Shown: piece by piece, positions 27,527-37,452 of the stretch
Numbering within the stretch: the stretch's first letter is position 1
Layout: the number at the start of each line of letters is the position of its first letter
Origin: Lachnospiraceae bacterium
GTDB taxonomy: Bacteria > Bacillota > Clostridia > Lachnospirales > Lachnospiraceae
Assembly: GCA_015056975.1 (NCBI GenBank)
Contig: SVFG01000002.1
Span: 5,553 to 69,552, forward strand
Length of the DNA: 64,000 nucleotides
Direction: 5' to 3'
The notes under the pieces: generated by a model
What the model was told of the DNA's origin: nothing
Seen by the model: only the letters and a program-made list of their open reading frames with translations
Databases searched by the model: none
Made by a program: the position numbers and the translations under genes

Positions 27527-28309
27527 CTATTGTACGATTGTGCTGATAATGATATTCTCAGCTGCGATATCAGTTTTTCTGGTAATAATATCCTCAATCT
27601 GAGCGCGCTGTGCATCCGTAAGTTCAAGTGCATTTACCACTACATCCACTGCGTTACCGTTGATACTTACCACCACATCGGAAAATCCCTTTGCCTCCAG
27701 AAGAATCTCTGCAGCGGTCTCCTTTTCAGCAACTGCCGTCATCTGTACCATACCGTTTACAGCCTCCTGCTTCTGCTGCTCCGTAATTCCCGCACTGTTA
27801 ATAATCTCCATCAATGTTTCTTTGTTCTTTGCTCTGGTCTGTTCCTTCAAAAGCTTTGCATCAGAAAGCATTTCCACCCCTGCGGCTCCGGTAAATACTG
27901 CTTCTCCGGGAATCTCACCCGCTTCCGGTGTCGCCTGTGCCACCTGTCCTGCAAATTCCTCAGGAGTCACTGCACTATCAACAACTTCCATGTCTTCCTC
28001 CAGATAGTTTTCCATAATTACATCCACATCTGAATCCAGACTTGCAATCTCTGAGGTAGCATTTTCCAACAAATCCTCCTCGGACAAATCAAGTAATCCG
28101 TCCAAATCTGCACTCTCCTGTAAATCCTCTGCCGTATAGTTATCTGTAATAACTCCTCCTGAGTCTACCTGATTTATCTCATCCCCGGCGCCTGTCGAAA
28201 GCAAATCATCCTCCAGGTTCTTTCCCGCAAACTGTAAATACCCTGCAATAGCAATCATAATTGCAAGTGCAGTAATCATAAGCTGATTTTTCTTAATTAA
28301 TTCTTTCAC
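27527..28309 (-). CDS. spoIIIAH: Stage III sporulation protein AH
   Basis: KKNQ..ITAL..MIAIAGYL N-terminal TM; C-terminal E.LLEAKGF.DVVV. Last gene of the spoIIIA operon. Confidence 0.93.
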   Translation of the reverse strand: MKELIKKNQLMITALAIMIAIAGYLQFAGKNLEDDLLSTGAGDEINQVDSGGVITDNYTAEDLQESADLDGLLDLSEEDLLENATSEIASLDSDVDVIMENYLEEDMEVVDSAVTPEEFAGQVAQATPEAGEIPGEAVFTGAAGVEMLSDAKLLKEQTRAKNKETLMEIINSAGITEQQKQEAVNGMVQMTAVAEKETAAEILLEAKGFSDVVVSINGNAVDVVVNALELTDAQRAQIEDIITRKTDIAAENIIISTIVQ

Positions 28310-28340
28310 GATACTCTCCCTTTTTCTTATTTACTACTTC

Positions 28341-28369
28341 ATTGTATGAGCCCTAAAAACAATATATGC
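28341..28369 (-). promoter_or_regulatory. Putative internal sigma-E promoter for spoIIIAH
   Basis: GCATATA-14 nt-CATACAAT on the minus strand in the spoIIIAG-AH gap. Confidence 0.6.
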
Positions 28370-28950
28370 TACCTGCGGACTCCCATTTTTACCACCTGCA
28401 CCTTATGCGCTTCCACTCCAAAAAGTGCCATGACAATTTCCGTAATATTTCTGTTTACATTACCCGTACCCGCTCCCTGTGCCACAACCACAACTCCCTC
28501 CACGGTAGGCAGAAGTGTCTTAATAACATAGGGTTCATTATTGCTCCCACTTGAGATATAGACTGTGCTTTCTCCGGACTCAAGTTGTGACACCGTCCGC
28601 TTTCCGCCCTCCGAATCCTCTTCACTGGTGTTAGAACGATTCACAGATTCATCCTTTTCCAGAACAAGCTCCTCTGAAGCCTTTAGGGTTATCATCACAG
28701 TAACCTTCCCTACGCCCTCCACATCTGACAGTATGGTTTGCAACCGTTCTTCCAATTCCTCCACATAATCCGTTTTACTCTTTCCTAAAGCTACTGTCTC
28801 CACCACAGTATTATCTGTGAGCTGTATACTGTTCCTTTCCTCATTTACCCTGTCATCAGTTTTTGTGGGAAGAGAAATCACAAACAACAGCACTCCCAAA
28901 AGTACCAACACAATCAGATTATCCCGCTTCAGCCATTTTTTCAGTTTCAT
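28369..28950 (-). CDS. spoIIIAG: Stage III sporulation protein AG
   Basis: LE.RL..ILS.VEGVGKV.VMIT and P.VEGVVVVAQGA. Confidence 0.94.
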   Translation of the reverse strand: MKLKKWLKRDNLIVLVLLGVLLFVISLPTKTDDRVNEERNSIQLTDNTVVETVALGKSKTDYVEELEERLQTILSDVEGVGKVTVMITLKASEELVLEKDESVNRSNTSEEDSEGGKRTVSQLESGESTVYISSGSNNEPYVIKTLLPTVEGVVVVAQGAGTGNVNRNITEIVMALFGVEAHKVQVVKMGVRR

Positions 28951-28951
28951 C

Positions 28952-29344
28952 TCACTGTCCCACCTTTATCTGAATTTTTTCAACCTTCCGTTCATCCTCC
29001 TGTGTCTGTCCCTCTTCCGGCGGCTGCTCCCTTTGCATTTCATCAAGCTGCCTCTCCACTATTATTCCGGCATACTTTTCTGAAGAAGCTACACTTTGCT
29101 CTACACCCGTCATGCTCCGGTTTAGCTTTTGTTCGAACTCTCTCACCATGGCAGTGACATCCGTCTGTATATCCTTGGAAAACAATCTGCCAATCGGCAG
29201 GAAAATTTGAATAAGTATCATAACACTGACCAAAACCTTTAAATACTTCTCGTAGGAGCCCTTGGGCCTGAAATGCACAATCGCCTGCGCACATATCATA
29301 AAAACGCCTACCTGACAAATGGAACGAAACAAATCAGAAAACAT
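28952..29344 (-). CDS. spoIIIAF: Stage III sporulation protein AF
   Basis: P.GSYEKYLK motif; operon position. Confidence 0.88.
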   Translation of the reverse strand: MFSDLFRSICQVGVFMICAQAIVHFRPKGSYEKYLKVLVSVMILIQIFLPIGRLFSKDIQTDVTAMVREFEQKLNRSMTGVEQSVASSEKYAGIIVERQLDEMQREQPPEEGQTQEDERKVEKIQIKVGQ

Positions 29345-29359
29345 GCGTACCTCCCAATC

Positions 29360-30415
29360 CTATTTCCCGGCAGCCGTAGCCATCACCGCTATGGTTACCA
29401 AAAATAAAAACATGGCAGAACCCACGGTACGAAACAAAAGCATCCCTGCTTCCCCTGCGTGGTTTGCACATGCCGTAATTCTCTTATCGCTGACAATCCC
29501 CATAAATGCAGCTGCCGTCTTTAATAAGAATGCCGTGAAAAATATCTGTAACAGAGGTGTGATACATAATAATATAAGGAGGATTAACAAAATGATTCCG
29601 ATACTGTTTTTTACAATGAGCGCAGACCCCATCACCATTTCCATCATCCCCTCTGCCGCACTTCCCACACCCGGGATTACGGAAATCACTTTTTTTAGGG
29701 TAGAGGTTTTCACCGTATCTATCACCGGTGTAATCACCGCCTGAAATACACCGATTCCGGTCACTACGGAAATAGCTGCCTTTAGAATCCAGCCAATACT
29801 CTTTTTCAGTAAATCCATCAGCATCGATAGCTTTTCTTCTATCCAGATTCCGTTTATTACCGACAGCATGACATAGCTTTGAATAAGCGGTAGTACCACA
29901 CCCAGGAAAATGCTTTCCACACCCAGTATGATTAATAAAAGCAGATGATAGCTTGCTGCCACGGTAACCCCTCCGGTAGCAATTCCCACCGCTATCAGAT
30001 AGGTTGGAAATAACAATTTATTGAATAACACAATGTTTTCTACCGCGGCGTGTGCAGTATCTACAGCCTGTCCGAAGCATTTTAATAATATGACCGACAG
30101 AAGCAGGTACATAAAATAAAAGGACAAATCTGCTATCTGCTTTTTGTCAAACACTTCAATAAACTGTGTCATCAGAGCGGACATAATCCCAAGTATAAGC
30201 AGCCAGATAAAGATATTTTTCATGCCCGAAAGCATCATAAAAACATCTGAAATTCCTCCAAAAAATAACTCCTTGAGTGCTCCTAAAATATCACCGTCCA
30301 AAATCCGTGAAAAAACATCAACCAGCGAAAAAGTCCTGTCCGGGAACAGGGTCTGAATTCCTTCTTCCAACACATTCAAATCATAATCCTGCCAAATCTG
30401 CCCCAATTCCGGCAT
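29360..30415 (-). CDS. spoIIIAE: Stage III sporulation protein AE
   Basis: Multi-TM protein with IPGVG and KNSIG; operon position. Confidence 0.92.
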   Translation of the reverse strand: MPELGQIWQDYDLNVLEEGIQTLFPDRTFSLVDVFSRILDGDILGALKELFFGGISDVFMMLSGMKNIFIWLLILGIMSALMTQFIEVFDKKQIADLSFYFMYLLLSVILLKCFGQAVDTAHAAVENIVLFNKLLFPTYLIAVGIATGGVTVAASYHLLLLIILGVESIFLGVVLPLIQSYVMLSVINGIWIEEKLSMLMDLLKKSIGWILKAAISVVTGIGVFQAVITPVIDTVKTSTLKKVISVIPGVGSAAEGMMEMVMGSALIVKNSIGIILLILLILLCITPLLQIFFTAFLLKTAAAFMGIVSDKRITACANHAGEAGMLLFRTVGSAMFLFLVTIAVMATAAGK

Positions 30416-30435
30416 ACGCTTTCACCCTTTTCTTT

Positions 30436-30822
30436 CTACACAAAGCTCTGAATCTGTTCTATCATCGAAAACAGAATGGGAAGACCGGCAAGCATTACCG
30501 ACAGCTTTCCCAATATCTCTATCTGGTCTGCCACTGCTCCATATCCCGCATCCTTGCAAATGGAAGCACTGAATTCACATATATAGGTAATGCCGATTAC
30601 CTTAAGCAGTATCGATAAATACCCTTCCGCATTTCCCAAAAATTTTCTGATGATATCCAGCTGCAACATAATGACTTCTGCGCGTTTTAATACATAACAG
30701 AAAATCAGGATACTCAAGGCAAACCCAATGTACATGCTGTACTCGGGCTTTTGTCCCTTAAACTGCAGTGCCAGCATGACTCCCACGATTCCGAAAGCTC
30801 CAACCTTTATTACTTCCGCCAT
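30436..30822 (-). CDS. spoIIIAD: Stage III sporulation protein AD
   Basis: LLKVIGITYICEF...CKDAG...IE..GK. Confidence 0.94.
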   Translation of the reverse strand: MAEVIKVGAFGIVGVMLALQFKGQKPEYSMYIGFALSILIFCYVLKRAEVIMLQLDIIRKFLGNAEGYLSILLKVIGITYICEFSASICKDAGYGAVADQIEILGKLSVMLAGLPILFSMIEQIQSFV

Positions 30823-30837
30823 TCTATTTACTCCCCA

Positions 30838-31032
30838 CTATAATGCAAACAAGGTCTGTATGGTCACAAACAGTTCATATATGTACGGCACGATCCATGT
30901 CAATACCAAAACAAGCCCTGCAAGACTGATTAGGAAAGCATGCTCCTCCCTGCCGCTATGTTTTAAGACCTGACTCAATATGGTAACCAGAATACCTACC
31001 GCCGCTATTTTAAAAATCAGACTTACTCCCAT
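30838..31032 (-). CDS. spoIIIAC: Stage III sporulation protein AC
   Basis: LIFKIAAVGILV...QVLKHSGREEHA; 64 aa. Confidence 0.95.
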   Translation of the reverse strand: MGVSLIFKIAAVGILVTILSQVLKHSGREEHAFLISLAGLVLVLTWIVPYIYELFVTIQTLFAL

Positions 31033-31055
31033 ACTTCCTCACATTCCGCATATGC

Positions 31056-31574
31056 CTATATCAGAACTATCACAAGAAACAAACCGCTCATTGCTCCAAG
31101 TGCCACGGCCATTCTACTCTTTTCTACATTCTCTGTTTCCAAATCTTTTATCCTGTCCCTAAGCTTCTCCTCTACCTGTTCCATTGTCCCCTGCTGCATC
31201 TTCCCGTCCGTATAACTTCCGATGGTCAGAAATCCAAAAAACAGTTCTTTATCTTCTTTTGTCAACGCCTCTTCCTTTAAACAGCTTTCAAAATGCTTCT
31301 CAAACACCGGTTCAAAGCTCTCGCCTGTATTCTCCTGCATCTCTGTAAATATTTCTGTAAGGCAGCTGCGATACGGTTCACTCATGTGCACGCTAATCTG
31401 TCTGCAACACTCGGGAAGCGTCGCCTTGCCATAACGGATTTCACTCCGCAGCAACGTAAGAATACGGTGCAATTCTTTCAGCACTCTCACCCGCGCACAA
31501 AGCTGCTCTTTTTTCCAAAGTCCTAACCCCAAGCATCCTGCTCCAATCAGCACTGCTCCCAAAAGCTTCAACAT
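31056..31574 (-). CDS. spoIIIAB: Stage III sporulation protein AB
   Basis: MLKLLGA.LI...EIRY..ATLPE, C-terminal LG...GL. Strong RBS (AGGAGGAAGGAAGAGG) before ATG 31574. Confidence 0.9.
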   Translation of the reverse strand: MLKLLGAVLIGAGCLGLGLWKKEQLCARVRVLKELHRILTLLRSEIRYGKATLPECCRQISVHMSEPYRSCLTEIFTEMQENTGESFEPVFEKHFESCLKEEALTKEDKELFFGFLTIGSYTDGKMQQGTMEQVEEKLRDRIKDLETENVEKSRMAVALGAMSGLFLVIVLI

Positions 31575-32505
31575 CCTCTTCCTTCCTCCTGTAAGTCTCC
31601 AGCACTTTACAGGTACCGTTACTTTTTCCCAGCAGAATATAGACATCAAACAAATCCTTCCGTAAAATATCCCTCACACCAAATTTACGCTCTGCATCCT
31701 GAATGTTTTCACCGTGTATGGTGGCAATCACCTTGCTTCCACAGGCTGCTGCCGCTTTTAATGCCTCCATATCCTCTTCTCCAGCCAACTCATCTATGGC
31801 TATTACCTTTGGAGCCATGGATCGCAAAAGAAGCATCATCCCAAGCTTTTTGGGGCATGCATCCAAAACATCGCTGCGGCACCCCAAATCATTCTGTGCC
31901 ACTCCCAAATAAGAACCCGCCAGCTCCGAGCGCTCGTCCACCACTCCCACGCATACACCCTTTCCGTATGGATTACCATCCGACACCTGTCTGATTAAAT
32001 CTCTAAGGAGCGTGGTTTTTCCGCATCCTGGAGGCGAAATAATTAGTGTATTTAGAGGCTGTCCCTCTTTATAAATCAGGGGGAGCACTTTATCCGCCGC
32101 ACCAATTACTTCATGTGCAATACGTATGTTGATATATGAAATATGCTTTATATTCTGGACTTGTCCATTTTCACCAAGCACCACCTGTCCGGCGATGCCA
32201 ACGCGATGACCGCCCTTAACTGTAATGAAACCCTGCCTGATTTCATCCTCAAAGGCATATAAGGAATAATTGCAAATATGTAAAAGAAGACCTTCCAGAT
32301 CCTGTTTATCTGCAAGATACGCCTCCGATAATCTGCTTGTAAACCGTCCCTGCTTATTTAGAAAAACTTCTTCTCCCTGCCTTATGAGTACAACCGGCCT
32401 TCCGAGACGCAATCTAATCTCCTGCAACCCCTTTTCCTCTTCTGCCACATATGTCCAAAAGGAACGCTTTTGTGCAGGGAAGAGCATTAACAGACTGTCC
32501 GACAT
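31441..32505 (-). CDS. spoIIIAA: Stage III sporulation protein AA (ATPase)
   Basis: EIRLR, GFITVKGGHRVG, Walker A SPPGCGKTT, VDERSE, RSMAP.VIA.DE. Confidence 0.96.
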   Translation of the reverse strand: MSDSLLMLFPAQKRSFWTYVAEEEKGLQEIRLRLGRPVVLIRQGEEVFLNKQGRFTSRLSEAYLADKQDLEGLLLHICNYSLYAFEDEIRQGFITVKGGHRVGIAGQVVLGENGQVQNIKHISYINIRIAHEVIGAADKVLPLIYKEGQPLNTLIISPPGCGKTTLLRDLIRQVSDGNPYGKGVCVGVVDERSELAGSYLGVAQNDLGCRSDVLDACPKKLGMMLLLRSMAPKVIAIDELAGEEDMEALKAAAACGSKVIATIHGENIQDAERKFGVRDILRKDLFDVYILLGKSNGTCKVLETYRRKEEDVEAFGSSADWSRMLGVRTLEKRAALCAGESAERIAPYSYVAAE

Positions 32506-32536
32506 ATCCTTTCTCCTTTACAAACCATCTCTTTTC

Positions 32537-32564
32537 AATATATGAAGTCTTGTCCTGTTTATTC
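32537..32564 (-). promoter_or_regulatory. Putative sigma-E promoter of the spoIIIA operon
   Basis: GAATAAA-13 nt-CATATATT on the minus strand upstream of spoIIIAA. Confidence 0.55.
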
Positions 32565-32691
32565 CTACAAACTTATAAATAATTATCGAACCGTGGGTAT
32601 TTTGTGAAATAACTGCGAACTTGCCCAAACCCTAAAAGTATGATATACTCTGTTTATGGCGTTTATTGTCCTTACAGAAAGGCGTGGGAGT

Positions 32692-33054
32692 ATGAAGAGA
32701 AACGAGTCCTCAGAGAATTATTTAGAAACAATCTTATTGCTGAGTAAAAGTCATCCTGTAGTACGTTCCGTGGATATTGCGGAAGAACTGGGATTTAAGA
32801 AATCCAGCGTCAGCGTTGCCATGAAAAATCTGCGTGAAAGCGAACATATCGTGGTGTCTAAAGAGGGCTTTATCACGCTTACCGAGTCCGGAAGAGAAAT
32901 AGCCGAAATGATTTATGAACGTCACGAGCTTCTCTCACAATGGCTTACCAGTCTGGGTGTTCCTCCCGAAATTGCTTCTGAGGATGCCTGCCGCATTGAG
33001 CATGATTTGAGCCCTGAGAGCTTCGAAGCGTTAAAAAAGCATATTCATTCGTAG
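32692..33054 (+). CDS. DtxR/MntR-family metal-dependent regulator
   Basis: SSENYLETI, SVS.AMK.L, ERHELL, EDACRIEH. Confidence 0.92.
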   Translation: MKRNESSENYLETILLLSKSHPVVRSVDIAEELGFKKSSVSVAMKNLRESEHIVVSKEGFITLTESGREIAEMIYERHELLSQWLTSLGVPPEIASEDACRIEHDLSPESFEALKKHIHS

Positions 33055-33057
33055 TAA

Positions 33058-33091
33058 AATGCCTGTGGAATGATTATTCCGCAGGCATTTG
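33058..33091 (+). terminator. Terminator hairpin after the MntR-like gene
   Basis: AAATGCCTGTGGAAT-GATT-ATTCCGCAGGCATTT followed by T-rich sequence. Confidence 0.7.
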
Positions 33092-33247
33092 TTGTGTCAT
33101 TCAAGGGGCGGAGGAAACAACAAAGGCTGCGGCACAAATATGCCACAGCCTTATTTTTATACTATATGAAAATGCGCGAGTACAGTGGCGTACGTCAAAA
33201 GAATTGCGGAGCAATTCTTGGAGCGGATGTCGCCGGACATCCGCTTT

Positions 33248-34762
33248 TTACCATGTTGATATGTTGTGATACAGTCTGTAATATCCGCCTCCTAAGCGTT
33301 GTCCCTGCAGCTGTATTGCAAAATTCTCTTTGCCCAGCTGCTTCAATGCTTCATCCACATATCCTGCCTTGTGTTTTTCTGACAAATATGCCTGCTCTAC
33401 TTTGTCCCAAAGCGTCTCCGGGATAACATTGGTAAACTGCTGCATTCCTGCGCCCTCTTCCACCATCTGTTTCAGGCAATCCGCATAATACTCTTCCATG
33501 GTCTCCCTAACCTCGTCCTCTGTGATTCCGGCCTTTTGCAGATTTTCCTGCTTCTTCTTATAAGCCTCCCACTCGGGGTCATACTCCTCTTCTTCCTCCT
33601 CGTACTCCAGAGGCTTTTGAGGGTTAGGGTTTATCAATTCATCCACAACTGACTGAACCTTCTTTTGTCCGCATGCCGGTAAATAAACTGACAATCCGGT
33701 ACGGATATGAGTGGTCGAAAATTCTTCATCTGTCTTATTGTAATATTCATAACCCACAGGATCCGCATCATCCCATGTCACATCCGTATTGAAATACTCA
33801 TTTCCAAGCTTCACAATATTCCAAGCATGGTCTTCGCCTGAAAAACCGGTACAGTAATAACAGGGAATCTGCAGCTGCTGTAACAGATACTGAAATGCCC
33901 TTGCATAGCCTGCACATACACTCTTACCATTCACTAGCGCACTGTAAGCACTCTGATTCATGGCTGCATTGGCTTGATACTCCACCTTCTGTGCCAATGT
34001 ATCATACACATATTGTTCTTTTGCAGAAGAATCAGAAAGTCCCATGGCTCCGGCAAGGATTTCATTTGCCTTTGCTTCAAAGAGTATCTTGGAATCCTGT
34101 AGGCAGGAAGCTGTCTGATTATATTGCAATGTAACTGACACACACAGACCGTTTCTCATATACTTACAGGAATACCCTGTCTCTAACCAAAACAACTCCG
34201 GATGGTCATTATATACCGCCTCAAATACATTTTTCAGCTGGTTGGTATTGGCACCTACCACAGGCACAAACTCCGAATTCACTTCCATAACATTCGCATA
34301 AATCTGACGATATAGCTGCTGCATGGTATCCGTAAGCATGTGATAATAGGGATAATAGGTCTTATCAAAGCTGTACCCCTGCCCTAAAGGTCCCGTTTTC
34401 AGGGTCTCCTGCAGTCTGTCGCCCTCATCATCATTTATCTGAACAGCGTCATCTACGATTTGCTCAAAACCGTTTCTGTCAATGCTCTGAGCAGGCAGCT
34501 GCAATTCATCTCTGGATGGTGAAATATAGATACCGTCTCCAAAAACTGTTACAACATCCCAGTTAATACCGGTATCTGCTCCCGAATTCACATTTACGGA
34601 TGGCTGCTCTGACGGTCTGGAATCAACTGTCTGACCGCTTCCGTTTATCTTCTCTGCCAATGACTGCGTCAGTGACGGATTAAGCGCACACACCAATACC
34701 GCTACGCATCCCAATAATATGATTATGACCAATGAATAAAAAAGAGTTTTAACCGTTTTCAT
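33248..34762 (-). CDS. Membrane-anchored transglutaminase-like domain protein
   Basis: N-terminal TM; triad motifs VCAGYARA, HAWN and TDVTWDD. Confidence 0.85.
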   Translation of the reverse strand: MKTVKTLFYSLVIIILLGCVAVLVCALNPSLTQSLAEKINGSGQTVDSRPSEQPSVNVNSGADTGINWDVVTVFGDGIYISPSRDELQLPAQSIDRNGFEQIVDDAVQINDDEGDRLQETLKTGPLGQGYSFDKTYYPYYHMLTDTMQQLYRQIYANVMEVNSEFVPVVGANTNQLKNVFEAVYNDHPELFWLETGYSCKYMRNGLCVSVTLQYNQTASCLQDSKILFEAKANEILAGAMGLSDSSAKEQYVYDTLAQKVEYQANAAMNQSAYSALVNGKSVCAGYARAFQYLLQQLQIPCYYCTGFSGEDHAWNIVKLGNEYFNTDVTWDDADPVGYEYYNKTDEEFSTTHIRTGLSVYLPACGQKKVQSVVDELINPNPQKPLEYEEEEEEYDPEWEAYKKKQENLQKAGITEDEVRETMEEYYADCLKQMVEEGAGMQQFTNVIPETLWDKVEQAYLSEKHKAGYVDEALKQLGKENFAIQLQGQRLGGGYYRLYHNISTW

Positions 34763-35885
34763 TCTGTAACCATTCCTCCAACAGATTCAGATTGTCATCC
34801 GAATGCTCCACTTCCCTGGCATAACGATATGCCAGCTTTACCCACTCATACTTATCAATATTGTTATCGGTTAAAATGTACCTGCACATTACAAATTCCT
34901 GCACAAAAATAACAGAAAATACAGAAAGTGCCACCTTACTGTAAATCCAGTCGTCATAAACCGCACCGCAAAAGTAAGTATAAAGGAAAAACAAAAGCAG
35001 ATTCCGTTTGAAAATGTTCCACTCCTTTTGCATCCTTCCGCCATCTCCGTACTCCTGCAAAAAGCGTGTGCGCTTCTTACTATACTGCTCAAAACCATCT
35101 GCGTAAAGTGTCTCCCAGGTTTCATCCAAAATTTGCGTCCACTCCGGTCGCATCCGCTCCAAGCTGTAGAATACGGAAAAACTATCCTTCAACCTATAGA
35201 AGCGCTTCTCTTCATTGCCTACCGATAGAATGTCTCTTTCTGCACTGTAACAACACTTGGAAAACGCCCCTATTACAGCATCCATATCAAACACCCGGTC
35301 TTCGTCCACACACACCTGCATGTCTTCAGCAAGCTTTAAAATTTCATGCATACGTCTCTCAAGCGATATCTTCGAATCCTGACAAATATGCTTGAAAATA
35401 GCTTCTCTGGCATCTTCTAATTTAGTAAACAGTAATATGTCAAAGTCTTCAAATTCCTCCCAAAGAGGGTCTTCCTCATCATCTGTTTCCTCTATAAGAT
35501 TAAGAGGTTCTTCACAACCTAAAACAATCTCTGCAGCTACCGGGCAGGATATGGATAGGGAATACTCTCTAAGGCCTTCAAATTCCTCAATATGTCTGGG
35601 ATATCTGCCACAGGTTTCACATAAGCTGTCCTCTCCGCAGGCTATCACCAAATCACATAGATTCTTCTCATTTAGCATGGCACAACGTCCACACTTCTGT
35701 AAAAAGCTTCCCTCTGACCAGTCTATGGAGCATTTTATGCGTTTTCCAAATTCTCCCTCAACGGATTCATACCGTTCTAATGAGTCCTCATCTATCATTA
35801 TCTGCCAGCCTGCACAGCAGGTGTCCGGGCATTTGTCGGCAGTACATTTGAAAGTGTCGTAATACTGTGGTTTGATGTAACGCAT
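34749..35885 (-). CDS. fliB: Flagellin lysine-N-methylase FliB family (Cys-rich)
   Basis: FKC.A.KCPDTCCAGWQI.ID, CAMLN..NLC, CETC..YPR, SCP.AA, C-terminal REVEHSD.N. Confidence 0.85.
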   Translation of the reverse strand: MRYIKPQYYDTFKCTADKCPDTCCAGWQIMIDEDSLERYESVEGEFGKRIKCSIDWSEGSFLQKCGRCAMLNEKNLCDLVIACGEDSLCETCGRYPRHIEEFEGLREYSLSISCPVAAEIVLGCEEPLNLIEETDDEEDPLWEEFEDFDILLFTKLEDAREAIFKHICQDSKISLERRMHEILKLAEDMQVCVDEDRVFDMDAVIGAFSKCCYSAERDILSVGNEEKRFYRLKDSFSVFYSLERMRPEWTQILDETWETLYADGFEQYSKKRTRFLQEYGDGGRMQKEWNIFKRNLLLFFLYTYFCGAVYDDWIYSKVALSVFSVIFVQEFVMCRYILTDNNIDKYEWVKLAYRYAREVEHSDDNLNLLEEWLQNENG

Positions 35886-36040
35886 TGTTTTATCCTTCTT
35901 GCATTTTATGCTTTCAGTATAGCATTGCGGAATGGTTCATGCAAGAATGGTTTCGGAATCACTTTTCTTTTTCCCCAAGCTATAGTATAATGTGTGGTAC
36001 GCCTGCATGCGTTTATTACTATACCAATACGGAGATTATC

Positions 36041-37429
36041 ATGAATCCTAAAGAATTAAAGAAAAATTTTTATCGAAAAATATTTAAGCTGGGACTTCCC
36101 ATTATTATTCAGAACCTGTTAAGTGCTGCGGTCAGTTCTGCAGATGTTATAATGCTTAATTATGTGGGGCAGGACGCCATTTCGGCAGTATCGTTGGCTT
36201 CCCAATATGCCTCTGTACTCTTTATGGTATTTTACGGGCTTGGCACCGGTGTTACCATGCTCTGTGCACAATATTTCGGCAAAGGGGATTATCACGCCAT
36301 TGAAGTAGTAGAAGGAATTGCCCTGCGTTTTTCTCTGATATGCAGTCTGGTATTCGCCGGGTTGGCTCTTATTATTCCCAGACAACTGATGTGTATTTTT
36401 ACAGATGACACCACCTTGATTACCATCGGAGCTTCTTACTTAAGAAGCATGAGTGTTGCCTATCTGTGCTGGGGTGTCATTGAAATCTATCTATCCGTGC
36501 TTCGAAGCGTTGGCAGAGTGACTATCTGTACCGTCCTTAACATGATTACTTTCGGGCTCAATGTATTATTAAATGCAACCTTTATTTTCGGCTTATTCGG
36601 AGCTCCGAAGCTTGGAGCAATGGGTGTTGCTCTTGCCACCTCCATCTCTCGTCTGGTAGAGTTGTTCGCATGCCTTTTGGTATCATCCCGCAGCAAAGAT
36701 GTAAAGCTACGCTTCCGCTACTTGTTTGTTCGCAATAAGGCATTGTTTCAGGACTTCATACGTCTTTCCCTGCCTGCCATGGCAAACGATGTGGTGTGGG
36801 GACTGGCATTTTCCATGTACGCAGTAATTATTGGACACCTTGGAACCGATGCCGTTGCCGCCAACTCCTTTGTCACCGTAGTCCGTAACTTCGGTACCAT
36901 CCTATGCTTTGGTATTGCCAATGCAGGAACCATATTAATCGGCAATACCTTGGGAGAAAATAAATTGAAGGAAGCCCGCGTGGAGGCAAAGCATTTGATG
37001 CGATTAACCGTTTTAAGCGGTATTATTGGTGGATTGATTGTCCTTGCTGCCAGCCCCATCGTAATGGCCTACGCAAAGGAAAGCCTAACTCCCACCGCTA
37101 TGCATTACCTGAAATATATGCTGTTGATTAACACCTATTACATCACCGGTACTGCAGTAAATACCACTCTCATAGCCGGTATCTTCAGAGCCGGTGGAGA
37201 CAGCCGATTCGGACTTATCTGCGACACCATCGACATGTGGGTTTATGCAGTTCCCATGGGCTTCCTGGCAGCTTTCGTCTTTAAGCTTCCGGTACTGTGG
37301 GTATACTTCATCCTATGTACTGACGAATTTGTGAAATGGCCCTGGGTACTCAAGCGGTACAAGAGCGAAAAATGGCTTAAAAATATAACCAGAGATGATT
37401 TGTTTGAAAGTAAAGAGCATGCGGGTTAA
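36041..37429 (+). CDS. MATE-family efflux transporter
   Basis: About 12 TMs. LPIIIQNLL, D..M...G..AISAV, AQYFG, PKLGAMGVALAT, RAGGD. Start at MNPKEL with RBS GGAG. Confidence 0.92.
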   Translation: MNPKELKKNFYRKIFKLGLPIIIQNLLSAAVSSADVIMLNYVGQDAISAVSLASQYASVLFMVFYGLGTGVTMLCAQYFGKGDYHAIEVVEGIALRFSLICSLVFAGLALIIPRQLMCIFTDDTTLITIGASYLRSMSVAYLCWGVIEIYLSVLRSVGRVTICTVLNMITFGLNVLLNATFIFGLFGAPKLGAMGVALATSISRLVELFACLLVSSRSKDVKLRFRYLFVRNKALFQDFIRLSLPAMANDVVWGLAFSMYAVIIGHLGTDAVAANSFVTVVRNFGTILCFGIANAGTILIGNTLGENKLKEARVEAKHLMRLTVLSGIIGGLIVLAASPIVMAYAKESLTPTAMHYLKYMLLINTYYITGTAVNTTLIAGIFRAGGDSRFGLICDTIDMWVYAVPMGFLAAFVFKLPVLWVYFILCTDEFVKWPWVLKRYKSEKWLKNITRDDLFESKEHAG

Positions 37430-37452
37430 GTCCGCATGTTCTTTTATGGTAT

